Shown here piece by piece: positions 55,171 to 63,998 of a DNA stretch of 64,000 nucleotides. Positions within the stretch are counted from its first letter, which is position 1. Every line of letters begins with the position of its first letter. Both the position numbers and the translations under genes were made by a program. This stretch comes from Deltaproteobacteria bacterium (GTDB lineage: Bacteria > Myxococcota > Kuafuiibacteriia > Kuafuiibacteriales > Kuafuiibacteriaceae): contig JAVJQW010000041.1 in assembly GCA_040218735.1 (NCBI GenBank), positions 256,001-320,000 on the forward strand. The letters run 5' to 3'. Under the pieces are notes generated by a model. It had not been told where the DNA came from. It worked only from the letters and a program-made list of their open reading frames with translations, and ran no database searches.

Positions 55171-56589
55171 TTAGAAGTGCATCATCGACTTCTCACGTTC
55201 GCGGCGCTCCTGCGCTTCCTTCGCGCGCCGTTCCATGTCCGCCTTTGCGCGGACCTCGACCGTGACCTTCGCCGTGGCGGCCGCGTCGATGCGGACGTAG
55301 CGCTCGAAGGTGCCGTCGGACTTCTTGCGCGAGACGGCGAGTGCCCGGCGCAAGTGGTCCTGCATCTCGGTGTTCATACACGCGACGAGCGCTTCATCCT
55401 CGCTGTCCACGTCGAGCGTGAACTGCGGATCGTCGACGCGACCGAAGCCGCTGACGCTCACTGCGAATGCGTCGTCGGTCGTGCGACACTTCAACGCCGC
55501 GTTGTACGCCGCGTTCTGCAGGCGCTTTTGGAACCACCGCGAGCCGACGCGCGGGGCGATGCGTCGCTCCCCTTCGACCCGCAGGCGCCACGCGCCCGGG
55601 CCGAAGTCGCGCAGCCCCTGCTCGAGGTAGTCGGCGAGGCAGGTCGCGACCTCGGCGTTCGCGGGCACGGTCGTCACGTTCGCTTCGACGCCCTCGCTCC
55701 CCACGCGGACGTCGAAACGCGCCTCGCGGACCAGCGCTTTAGGGCGAGGCGTGCAAGACGTGTCGTCCGAGCTCAGTCGAATGCGCGCGATGCGGTCCTC
55801 CAGGATGCGCTGCGGCGGGCGAATCGGGATGCGCGTCTCGAAGGCGTAGGTCTGAATCGTCTGGTCGTAGGCGCCGCGGCCTCGTTCGATGCGGCTCGCC
55901 TCCTCGACGAAACACGCGGTGAAGGGGTCGAGGCTCTGCGACGACACGTCGGCGCTCGCGTCGGGGAGCCCCGTGATGCTGACGCGCACAGAACGCGGCG
56001 GGCGGTGTTTCCGTGCGCACCGCAGGGTCAGCGCGTCCGCGCTCCCGAAGAGCGCCGCGCGCGTCGACGCCTCCGTCGGCACCGGCGAATAGCCGGGTTG
56101 AATCATCGCGAGCTCTTCGACGGTGAAGCCGTGCGCGCGGGCCCAGTCGAGGAGCTCGGGGACGTTCATCTGCGCGACGTAGGCGTACTCGAGCTCCGCG
56201 TCGATCGATCGCGCGAGCGCAGCGTGACCCGACGCCGCGATGAGGTGGCCGACGGCGCAGTGAACACCGCGGTCGTCGATGAAGCGCGGACGGCGGCCGA
56301 CGTATCCATCGACGCCGCGCCGCGGGAACACGCCGCCCCTTCGGTAGGTCGCGAGGATATCCAGGAGGTGCGTGCGTCGTTCACGCTGCGCCAAGGTGAG
56401 CGCCGATGTGTCGACGGACCGGAGCTTCGCCTCGACGAACGCAAGGTGGACCGCGATGCGGTCTTCGCTGCTCGCGTTCACCGGAGCGCTGCCGTGTGCG
56501 GCGATCCAGGAGCGGTCACCGAGGACGGCGTTGATCGCGTCGCCTCCGGGGGCGGCGCCGACGAGGAGCGCGGCGGCGAGGTACAACAC
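55171..56589 (-). CDS. Secreted hypothetical protein (FIDxxGxHCAVGxL motif; repeated Cys-containing C-terminal modules)
   Basis: Signal peptide and 'RPRFIDDRGVHCAVGHLI'. Start is GTG at 56589 or 56598. Confidence 0.65.
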   Translation of the reverse strand: MLYLAAALLVGAAPGGDAINAVLGDRSWIAAHGSAPVNASSEDRIAVHLAFVEAKLRSVDTSALTLAQRERRTHLLDILATYRRGGVFPRRGVDGYVGRRPRFIDDRGVHCAVGHLIAASGHAALARSIDAELEYAYVAQMNVPELLDWARAHGFTVEELAMIQPGYSPVPTEASTRAALFGSADALTLRCARKHRPPRSVRVSITGLPDASADVSSQSLDPFTACFVEEASRIERGRGAYDQTIQTYAFETRIPIRPPQRILEDRIARIRLSSDDTSCTPRPKALVREARFDVRVGSEGVEANVTTVPANAEVATCLADYLEQGLRDFGPGAWRLRVEGERRIAPRVGSRWFQKRLQNAAYNAALKCRTTDDAFAVSVSGFGRVDDPQFTLDVDSEDEALVACMNTEMQDHLRRALAVSRKKSDGTFERYVRIDAAATAKVTVEVRAKADMERRAKEAQERREREKSMMHF

Positions 56590-56615
56590 GCCGCACACGC
56601 TATCACTTCAGCCGC

Positions 56616-57731
56616 TCAGGGCTCGATGCCGAAGTACTGGCCCACCGTGGCGGCGTAGGCCGGGTCGTACACGCCGAGCGCGGTCACGGTGTCCTGCACC
56701 AGATCCGGAGCGGCCGCGTACAGCGCGTCGAGCTCGGAGTCGCTCGCGTTCACGAGCAGCTCGTCGAGGTCGCCCTTCGTCGCCGGGTCCGCACCGCCGA
56801 AGACCGTCGTCGCCAGGTAGTGCGTGGTGCGAAGGTGGTCCTGCATGGCCTGGATGCGCGCCGGGTCGACCGGCGTGTCCGCGGCAGGATCCGGGGTGAC
56901 GATCTCTTGCTCCACGAGGCTGAGGGCGTCGTCGTAGCGCTCCGGCACGAGGGTGTTGTCGAGCGTCGCGTCGATGCCTTCGGCGAGGCCTTCGGGGCCG
57001 CCCACCGCTTCGAGGATGGCCGGCTCCACCTGCGGATCGCCAGGGCGAATCGCCGGCTGCAGCGCCTCGAGCGCTTCGTCGGCGGGCGCGGCGAACGAGG
57101 GGTCGATGTACGGCTGCGCCGGGGACGCCAGACGTCCCGGGTTGTCGTCCGCGCTGACCTCGACGCCGTGACCGTCGGAGACCTCGGGCGTCACGACGCC
57201 GAGGGTGTCGACGATGTCATCCACGATCTCGGTGCGAGCTTCCTCGCGCTCTTCGAGCGTGGTGGGGATCTCGGGGCGACGCGCGGCGCGCTCCGCCGCG
57301 GCCTGCTCGAGCGCGGCGATGGTGTTCTCGCCGATGATGCCGTCGACCTTCTCGAGGCCCTGCTGCTCCTGGAAGCGACGCACGGCCGCTTCGGTCTGCG
57401 ATCCGAAGATGCCGTCCGCCTGCTGCCGGGGATCCGCCTCGGGGTTCAGAAGACCGAGCTCGATCAGGTGTTCCTGCGCGGCCTGGACGGTGTCGCCGGT
57501 GTGGCCGCGCATCAGCACGTGGGAGCCGTCGCGGATGTGGTCGAAGGCCGGGTTGCGATCGATCTCCACGACGTCAGCCGCGTCGACGCTCTCGCGATCG
57601 AGGAGCGCGGAGACGTCGGCGTCGGTCACGTCGCCGGTGGCCGCGGCCAACGCGCTGCGGTCGGCTTCGCTCAGGCCGAGGCCTTCGGGGCGCATGCGGG
57701 GGCGGATTGAATTGGTGACTTCGATCGTCAT
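56616..57731 (-). CDS. Peptidoglycan-binding (PG_binding_1) domain protein, acidic, no signal peptide
   Basis: 'G.TV..AQ..L...G', 'DGIFGSQTEAAVRRFQ..QGL..DGIIG..T..AL' and SD GAAGGGA. Confidence 0.82.
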   Translation of the reverse strand: MTIEVTNSIRPRMRPEGLGLSEADRSALAAATGDVTDADVSALLDRESVDAADVVEIDRNPAFDHIRDGSHVLMRGHTGDTVQAAQEHLIELGLLNPEADPRQQADGIFGSQTEAAVRRFQEQQGLEKVDGIIGENTIAALEQAAAERAARRPEIPTTLEEREEARTEIVDDIVDTLGVVTPEVSDGHGVEVSADDNPGRLASPAQPYIDPSFAAPADEALEALQPAIRPGDPQVEPAILEAVGGPEGLAEGIDATLDNTLVPERYDDALSLVEQEIVTPDPAADTPVDPARIQAMQDHLRTTHYLATTVFGGADPATKGDLDELLVNASDSELDALYAAAPDLVQDTVTALGVYDPAYAATVGQYFGIEP

Positions 57732-57788
57732 GGCGGTGTGTCCCTTCGGTGCTGGTTCGTTCTATTCGAGAGAATGGGGTCGGTAGCT

Positions 57789-58301
57789 TCAGCCGACGGA
57801 GAAGGCCCGTCGCATCCCGCCGCCGCGACGCGTCGGTGCGTTCGTGCGAGGCGGCGAACGACGCGCCCGCGCGGTCACGCCGGGCGGCGGCTGCAGGCCC
57901 ACGTCGATGTAGTCGGAGATCTTCGACGTGCCCTTCGGCGCGGCCTGGCCGTAGCGCGGCGCTGCCTTCACGGCCTTGCGACCGAGCCACGCGAGGCCCT
58001 TTGGCACGTGGTGGCCGAGGGTCCCCTTGAGCGCTTCGAGCACGGCGCGCGTCGCGGGGGTGTTCTTGAGGATGTGGACGATGCGCTTCGCCACCGCGGG
58101 CGCGTCGAGCTTCTTCTCGAGCGCGACGACGAGCCGCAGCACGCGCTTGAAGCCGTCCTGCGCCGTCGGGGTGCGCGCGAGCCGCGTCCACGCGTCGACG
58201 AGCGAAGCCTCGGCGTCCGCCGGGAGGAGGAACCGACCGTCGGGGCCGCGACGGAGGGTGTCGAAGAGGACGTCGAGCGGTGCGGAGGCGCCGTGCTTCA
58301 T
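57789..58301 (-). CDS. Hypothetical basic protein
   Basis: Plausible codon usage, and a sigma54-type promoter lies directly upstream. Confidence 0.6.
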   Translation of the reverse strand: MKHGASAPLDVLFDTLRRGPDGRFLLPADAEASLVDAWTRLARTPTAQDGFKRVLRLVVALEKKLDAPAVAKRIVHILKNTPATRAVLEALKGTLGHHVPKGLAWLGRKAVKAAPRYGQAAPKGTSKISDYIDVGLQPPPGVTARARRSPPRTNAPTRRGGGMRRAFSVG

Positions 58302-58313
58302 GCCCCCTGTGAG

Positions 58314-58329
58314 TGCAGGGGGCGTGCCA
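58314..58329 (-). promoter_or_regulatory. Sigma54 -24/-12 promoter TGGCACG-CCCC-CTGCA
   Basis: Exact GG-N10-GC spacing and a near-consensus sequence. Confidence 0.7.
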
Positions 58330-58342
58330 CGGGCGCGCGGGC

Positions 58343-59335
58343 TCAGGGCGTCGGATCGTGCGGGGATCGGTGTTGGGTCGATCCGACAGTGGCGGCTTCA
58401 ACCACCAAATTCTGGGACACTCGGCCCACCTCGAGGGCCCGACCCCAGAGCAGCGGTTGGGGTTCGACGAGCTGGAGGCAGGGCTCCATGTGGAGCGGCG
58501 AGGCGAGGCCGAGCACCGCCACCGTCCACACCCGGCGCGCGACCGAGGACCACCGCGTCACCCGGAGCCAACGCTCCACGAACACGACGGGGATCTGCAG
58601 CAGGAAGAAGGCGCCGATGACCGCGGCCCACCGCGCGCCGAGGGGCACCGCGATGAAGTACATGTGGAGCGCCGCGCTCGCCACGAACGTCGCGACGATC
58701 CCGAAGCGCGGGTGCCGGCGACGCGCGAGCGGACGATAGAACGTGCGCTCGAGGACCGCGCCGACGATGCGGTTCCAGCGACGGTTCCAGAACTCCGCGA
58801 CCGACCGCGACAGGATGGGCCGCACGTGGAACGGCGCGGGGTGCACGCCGCGGGCGTGGGAAACGAACAGCACGGTCGCGGTGAGCGCCCCCCACGCGGC
58901 GTAGCCGAACACCGCCGCGAGGAGCCAACGCAGCGCGAGCGCGTCCAACGTCTTCGCGCCGACGACCCACGCGCCGCCGAGCGTGATGACCGCGACGGCC
59001 TGGAACGCGACGAGCTCGAACAGCCGGGCTCCGTCGAAGTACGGCGCGATGCGCACCGCGATGCGCGTGTCGTAGAGCGCGAAGACGTGAAAGACACGTT
59101 GCGGGAGCGTGAGGTCGGCGGGGTCGCGGTTGAGATCGACGATCGTCAACGCTCCGAACGCGGCCGAGAGGGCGACCATCGCGCTGAGCCACGCGGGGTC
59201 CTTGGCGCCGAGCGGGGGGAGGGCGAGCGCGGCGAACGCGACCAGGTTGGAGATCCAGGTGCGCACGCCGGGCGCGCCGCCGATGGCGGCGGAGACCGCG
59301 AGGAGCCCGAAGACACTGGCGACGAGCAGGACCAT
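58343..59335 (-). CDS. MBOAT / wax-synthase family membrane acyltransferase
   Basis: 'P.LSRSVAEFWNRRWN' and 'FVASAALH', plus multiple TMs. Confidence 0.85.
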   Translation of the reverse strand: MVLLVASVFGLLAVSAAIGGAPGVRTWISNLVAFAALALPPLGAKDPAWLSAMVALSAAFGALTIVDLNRDPADLTLPQRVFHVFALYDTRIAVRIAPYFDGARLFELVAFQAVAVITLGGAWVVGAKTLDALALRWLLAAVFGYAAWGALTATVLFVSHARGVHPAPFHVRPILSRSVAEFWNRRWNRIVGAVLERTFYRPLARRRHPRFGIVATFVASAALHMYFIAVPLGARWAAVIGAFFLLQIPVVFVERWLRVTRWSSVARRVWTVAVLGLASPLHMEPCLQLVEPQPLLWGRALEVGRVSQNLVVEAATVGSTQHRSPHDPTP

Positions 59336-59594
59336 CCGGACTCGAAGCTACGGGCACTTCGGCTCGGCCGCTACTCGGCCACGTAATCACGTCGAGCGCA
59401 CGCCGGGCGGATTGTCCTGACCGACAACTGCGGCGGCTGCCACCTCCCGGACGACGCTGGACGAGATGTGTCTGCTCGCCGTTACGTTCCTTCACAAGGA
59501 GTAGCGCTCCTCGTCGCGGCGTGTAGCGGCGCCGAGCTCTCGAGCTCGTGTCTGCCGCAAGAGGTCTTCCGACGTGCGGTTGGAGCCCTGGGGA

Positions 59595-59834
59595 TCAAGC
59601 GCCGAGCAGCGTGGTCATCGCGCCGAGGAGGGACGCCGCGAGGCTCGCGTAGATGAAGCCCGGGCGCACGAGGCGTGACGGGGGCGCGAACTGTTCGAGC
59701 GGGATCTTGTCGGTGCTGATGATGTCGTCGTCGGTCAGCTCCACGACGCCGCTCTCGGAGGGGGCGGGGGCGCACTCGATGTCGGCCGTGATCTCGGTGA
59801 GCCACCCATCGATCGTTTCGAAGCCATTCATCAC
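59595..59834 (-). CDS. Small acidic protein with C-terminal hydrophobic helix
   Basis: 'VVELTDDDII' and a terminal TM-like segment. Fills an otherwise empty gap. Confidence 0.5.
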   Translation of the reverse strand: MMNGFETIDGWLTEITADIECAPAPSESGVVELTDDDIISTDKIPLEQFAPPSRLVRPGFIYASLAASLLGAMTTLLGA

Positions 59835-60016
59835 CCGGGACCATCGGCAGCCTGACGGGGCGCTTGAGCGAAAAAGGTAAGCCGAACCAATGGCTTACAT
59901 GGTTGCCTTCGACGTCGTCAGAACAGAAATCTCTGGGGCGACCGAGGGCCCGAGTCACCGGCGTTAGGACTGTGTTCGCGCAAAACGGCGCGACCCATCA
60001 GGTACCGACGCGAGGA

Positions 60017-60595
60017 ATGTCGGTTGCAAGCTATTCGACGGTGCGTCGCCGATTTGCCCTCGTCTCGCTGAGCCTCACGGCGGTCGCCTGCTCGACCGAC
60101 ACCTACGAGCTGCCCCCCCAAGGTCACCGAACGGAGTCGCCGGCGTGTACGTTCGGGCGCGGCACGTACGACTTCACGTTCCCGGAGGAGGTCGAGCTCG
60201 ACGTCGTCGAGTGCCGCCGCCACGCCGACTGTACCGAAGGCGACAATGGCCTTTGTTACTGGGACGGCTACCGCGCGGTGCTCTGTGAGTACGACGAGTG
60301 CCAGGACGACAGCGCGTGTCCGTTCGCCTGCCGATGCCGCACCGAAGAGGGCTCCGTCGCCAGCAACCGTTGTGACTTCGGAACCTGCAGCACCGACGCA
60401 GACTGTGAGGATGGGCAGTGGTGCCTCGAAGACGGTTGGCGTCCCGGCATGCTGATGTGCGAAGCCGGTCTCGCGTACACGTGCACCACGCCCGATGACG
60501 AGTGTGGTGGCGACGATCGGTGTGCGTTCCCGCGGTGCACCTACGACGCAGAGTTGGGCCATCGTGTGTGCCCCGAGACGGCCTGCAGCCCCTGA
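60017..60595 (+). CDS. Cysteine-rich lipoprotein
   Basis: Lipobox AVAC and repeated C..D.DC modules. The start could be GTG 60041. Confidence 0.72.
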   Translation: MSVASYSTVRRRFALVSLSLTAVACSTDTYELPPQGHRTESPACTFGRGTYDFTFPEEVELDVVECRRHADCTEGDNGLCYWDGYRAVLCEYDECQDDSACPFACRCRTEEGSVASNRCDFGTCSTDADCEDGQWCLEDGWRPGMLMCEAGLAYTCTTPDDECGGDDRCAFPRCTYDAELGHRVCPETACSP

Positions 60596-60644
60596 CGGAA
60601 CGGCAAAGGGGGGCCCGACCCCCGCGGCGGCGTGTATAGCCGGC

Positions 60645-61079
60645 ATGAACCGAATCGTGTTCGCCGCCGCGGTCGCGGCGCTGTCCTCGTTCGCCTGCGG
60701 TACCGGTGCGGACGACGACGGAACCGAGACCGCTGCGGCGCCGGTCGAGATTCGGCTCGACAACGACACCGGTCGCGACTTCAGCGAGGTGACGGTCGTC
60801 CATGGCACCGGGAGCAGCTTCGGTTACGGTGCGCTCGGCGCATCCGAAACGAGTGACTACGCTACCGCCGAGCGCGGCGCGTTCCGCTACGCGTACGTCA
60901 ACGCGGCGACCGACATCGGACGCTACGTCGTGCAGCCCATCGACTACGTCGGTGAAGCGACGCTGACCGCCGGGCGGTACACCTATCGGCTCTACCGCAC
61001 CAACACGTCGACGACGCCGGACTCCGTTGTCGATGGCGACGCGTTCTTCTACCTCGCACTCGAGCTTCGCGAAGACTGA
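60645..61079 (+). CDS. Small beta-rich lipoprotein
   Basis: Lipobox SFAC, 'IRLDN.T' and 'VQPIDYVGE..L..GRYTY'. Confidence 0.72.
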   Translation: MNRIVFAAAVAALSSFACGTGADDDGTETAAAPVEIRLDNDTGRDFSEVTVVHGTGSSFGYGALGASETSDYATAERGAFRYAYVNAATDIGRYVVQPIDYVGEATLTAGRYTYRLYRTNTSTTPDSVVDGDAFFYLALELRED

Positions 61080-61152
61080 GCTGTGTTGGCCCAGGCCGTC
61101 AGCTGTATGGTGTTCCCACCAGTCGTAGTCTAGCGGACGCCGACCCTGGGGA

Positions 61153-61168
61153 TGGCCTCGGTCTTGCT
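61153..61168 (+). promoter_or_regulatory. Sigma54 -24/-12 promoter TGGCCTC-GGTC-TTGCT
   Basis: GG-N10-GC spacing with a canonical TTGCT, upstream of ATG 61182. Confidence 0.65.
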
Positions 61169-61181
61169 CTCGGAGGCGGGC

Positions 61182-62945
61182 ATGCGAACGACGCAGAAGA
61201 CCTCCACCGCGGCCACTCCCGTTCAGTCAAGGAGGGCCGTGGAGCCCGGCCCGGCGCGGTCGGGTGCCGCGCCGATGGCGTTGGACGTCAACGAAGGTTG
61301 CAGCGCCCAGCCGGTCGATCTGCCGCAGGCGCGTACGCTGGCGGGGCAGGGGGCGATGCGACCGCGGCCGCCGGGGCGTCCGGCGGGGTTGTCGTTCGGC
61401 GCCGCGCTCCCGTCCGGTCACCACGCGGGGCAGGACAACGCGGGCCTCTACATGCACGGGACCGCCGCGACCGAGGCGGCGTCGGCGCGCACGGGTTCGC
61501 TCACGCTCTCCGCGGACACGCGCACGTTGGTGTCGCGTGTGCTCGCAGCCGCGGAGAACAGTGACCCGGATGGTGATCCGTCGGGGGTGTACGTGCTTCG
61601 GGACGGGAAGAACCGTCGCAAGCAGATCACGCTCGGCATCGGCTTCACCGAGGACAGCGGCAACCTACGCAAGGTCGTGGAAGCGTACGTCGCGGCGGGC
61701 GGGCGCTTCGCCGATCAGATGCGTCCGTTCATCGATCGCATCGGTGCGACGCCGAACCTCTCCGGCAACGCCGAGTTCAAGGGCCTGCTCAAGACCGCGG
61801 GGCGACAGGATCCGCTGTTCGCCGAAGTGCAGCGCGAGAAGTTCGTCGACATCATCCTCGAGCCCGCGCGTGGCTTCTGTGAGCGTGAAGGTCTCGTGGA
61901 GCCGCTCTCGTTCCTCGTCGTCGCGGACAGCTACCTTCACTCGGGAGGCATCCTGAGTTTCCTGCGCAACCGCTTCCCCGAGCGCTCCCCCGCGGATGGT
62001 GGCAACGAGCGCGTCTGGATCGAGCAGTACGTCGACACGCGCCACAACTGGCTGGCGAATCACTCGAACGCGCTGCTCCGCAACACCATCTACAGGACGC
62101 GCGCGCTGACGCAGCAGATCGATCGGGGCAACTGGGATCTGCTCCCGCCGATCGAGATGCACGGCATCACCGTGGGGCTCCCGGCGTCGATGGATCGGCC
62201 GCTCCCGATCACCGGGAGCGTCGGCGCGGGTGGTCAGAACCGACCCGAGGACGTGCGTCTGGTGAAGGCGCGCCTGACGGAGCTGGGCTTCGGGGGCATC
62301 GCGGACTCCGATTCGGCGGACGCCGGCTTCGTGCGAGCGATTCGTCTCTTCCAGTCGATCATCACGGGGCGGCAGCGGGTGGAGGGCGACGGTCGTGTGG
62401 ACGTTGGCTTCGGAACGCAGTCGTGGCTCGAGGCGGAGAACGCGCCGCGGTGGCAAGAGATGCCGGTCGGGGACCGCGACGGTGGGTTCTTCAACTACGA
62501 GGTCGCGACACAGCCCGGCGATCATCATGACTACGGAACGAACTGGCTCGCGGACATGATTACGAACGCGGGTCAGCAATACTTCGACGAGCACCGATCG
62601 CAGTTCCCGGGTTCGAACCCGATCTTGGTGAACGACGCGAGCCTCCCCCAAGGTCACGACACCCACCAGCACGCCGGTCACGAGACGGGCATGTCAGCGG
62701 ACCTGCGCGTCCCGAACACCGACGGCGACCAGAACCGCGGGACGGTCTGGAGCGCGCGGGACTACGACCGTCCGGCGATGCGGGCGATGTTGAAGGCCTT
62801 CGCGGCGCAGGAGAACGTCGGGCGGGTGTTCTTCAACGACCCGGTGTTGATTCGTGAAGGGCTGTGTACGTCGGCGGGTGGGCACGACAATCACGTCCAC
62901 GTCGAGGTGGTGCCGCCGGCGCGTCAGGCGCCGGTGACGACCTGA
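61182..62945 (+). CDS. Multidomain peptidoglycan hydrolase: GH46 chitosanase/lysozyme-like + PG-binding + MepA-like Zn endopeptidase
   Basis: 'AAENS', 'DG...KQITLGIGFTE.SGNL' and 'DSYLHSG'. 'SVG.GG.N.PEDV..V..RL' and 'AIRLFQ..DGRVD'. 'HAGHETGMSAD' and 'GHDNHVHV'. Confidence 0.8.
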   Translation: MRTTQKTSTAATPVQSRRAVEPGPARSGAAPMALDVNEGCSAQPVDLPQARTLAGQGAMRPRPPGRPAGLSFGAALPSGHHAGQDNAGLYMHGTAATEAASARTGSLTLSADTRTLVSRVLAAAENSDPDGDPSGVYVLRDGKNRRKQITLGIGFTEDSGNLRKVVEAYVAAGGRFADQMRPFIDRIGATPNLSGNAEFKGLLKTAGRQDPLFAEVQREKFVDIILEPARGFCEREGLVEPLSFLVVADSYLHSGGILSFLRNRFPERSPADGGNERVWIEQYVDTRHNWLANHSNALLRNTIYRTRALTQQIDRGNWDLLPPIEMHGITVGLPASMDRPLPITGSVGAGGQNRPEDVRLVKARLTELGFGGIADSDSADAGFVRAIRLFQSIITGRQRVEGDGRVDVGFGTQSWLEAENAPRWQEMPVGDRDGGFFNYEVATQPGDHHDYGTNWLADMITNAGQQYFDEHRSQFPGSNPILVNDASLPQGHDTHQHAGHETGMSADLRVPNTDGDQNRGTVWSARDYDRPAMRAMLKAFAAQENVGRVFFNDPVLIREGLCTSAGGHDNHVHVEVVPPARQAPVTT

Positions 62946-62986
62946 GCGCTCCGCGACCGCCGTCACTGTCATCCGCGCTGCGCAGC

Positions 62987-63328
62987 TCAGGTGTGGTCGC
63001 GGATGTAGACGCAGTCCGGGTCGGAGCTGTTCGAGAGGCAGTAAGGACCGACGCAGCTCGTGAGCCGGTTCTCCTGGGACCCGCACGCGGCGTCGATCCC
63101 GCAGGCGTCTTGCTCGACCGCGCAGGACTCGTAGGCGTCCGCCTGCGCGCCGCAATCCGTCTTGCTTCGCGCGAGGTTGTCGACCGCGTCGTAGTAGGCG
63201 CCGCAGCTCCCCTCGATGACGGTACAGCTGCGCGTCTGGGCTTCGTTGCACTGATCGATCGCGCTGGTGCCACAGGCCGAGATCGCGATCGCGAAGATGA
63301 GAACAGAGTAGTAGCGAATCGAAGTCAT
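62987..63328 (-). CDS. Small cysteine-rich lipoprotein
   Basis: Lipobox ISAC and about 10 further Cys. Confidence 0.72.
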   Translation of the reverse strand: MTSIRYYSVLIFAIAISACGTSAIDQCNEAQTRSCTVIEGSCGAYYDAVDNLARSKTDCGAQADAYESCAVEQDACGIDAACGSQENRLTSCVGPYCLSNSSDPDCVYIRDHT

Positions 63329-63340
63329 GCGGCGTTCGAG

Positions 63341-63356
63341 TGCAGCCACGATGCCA
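63341..63356 (-). promoter_or_regulatory. Sigma54 -24/-12 promoter TGGCATC-GTGG-CTGCA
   Basis: GG-N10-GC spacing upstream of ATG 63328. Confidence 0.6.
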
Positions 63357-63422
63357 ACCTCGCTGGCGCCGCAAAGTGGCCGTTGGTGTCAGGTCGACTT
63401 CACACGCCGCCCGCTGACGAAG

Positions 63423-63998
63423 TCAGGGCGTGCAGAGCACCGACAAACAGATCGGTGTGATCGCATCCATCGCGTCCGGACGTGTGCTCGTGCTCGTGAA
63501 GCTGTCCGCATAGCGGACGCCCACCATCACGTCGTGGGGGCCGCAGTCGTTCTCGAAGAAGGTGGGCCCGTTCGTGGGGTCGCGGCGAGGGTCGGCGTCG
63601 AGCACGTCGTTCGTGACGTTGAGCTCCCGACCCGGGCCACACGCGACCGTCGCTGCGTCGACTCGCCCCCGCGTGCCCTGCTCGAGGTAGCCGACGCCGG
63701 TGGGGGGCAGTCCCGTCGGGCAAGACGCGGTGTCGTCGTCGGACGGATCCGAGTCGACCTCCGCCGGCAGGACGGTGCGGACGGTGGCCGGATCCCAGAG
63801 CGTCGCGCACAGCACGCCCGCGCCGTCCGTCAGGTCCGAAGCGCTGCCGTCGGATCGCGTATGTCCGTCGGTGACGAGGCCGACCACGCGTTCACCCGCC
63901 TCGTAGTCACAGAGCACATCGACCACGGGCTTGGGGTTCGCGGCGAGCTGCGCGTCGTTGGGACTGTAAGGAGCCCCCGCCGCGCAGTCACAGAGCAT
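63423..63998 (-). CDS. C-terminal part of a Cys-containing secreted protein (possible beta-prism lectin-like repeats); 5' partial
   Basis: The frame runs off the window. Three segments have a 'C....V.G....D....C' pattern. Confidence 0.55.
   Translation of the reverse strand: MLCDCAAGAPYSPNDAQLAANPKPVVDVLCDYEAGERVVGLVTDGHTRSDGSASDLTDGAGVLCATLWDPATVRTVLPAEVDSDPSDDDTASCPTGLPPTGVGYLEQGTRGRVDAATVACGPGRELNVTNDVLDADPRRDPTNGPTFFENDCGPHDVMVGVRYADSFTSTSTRPDAMDAITPICLSVLCTP

Noticed and set aside
61182-62945. Prophage endolysin
   Set aside because: No holin, spanin, structural or integrase genes are visible in the window.
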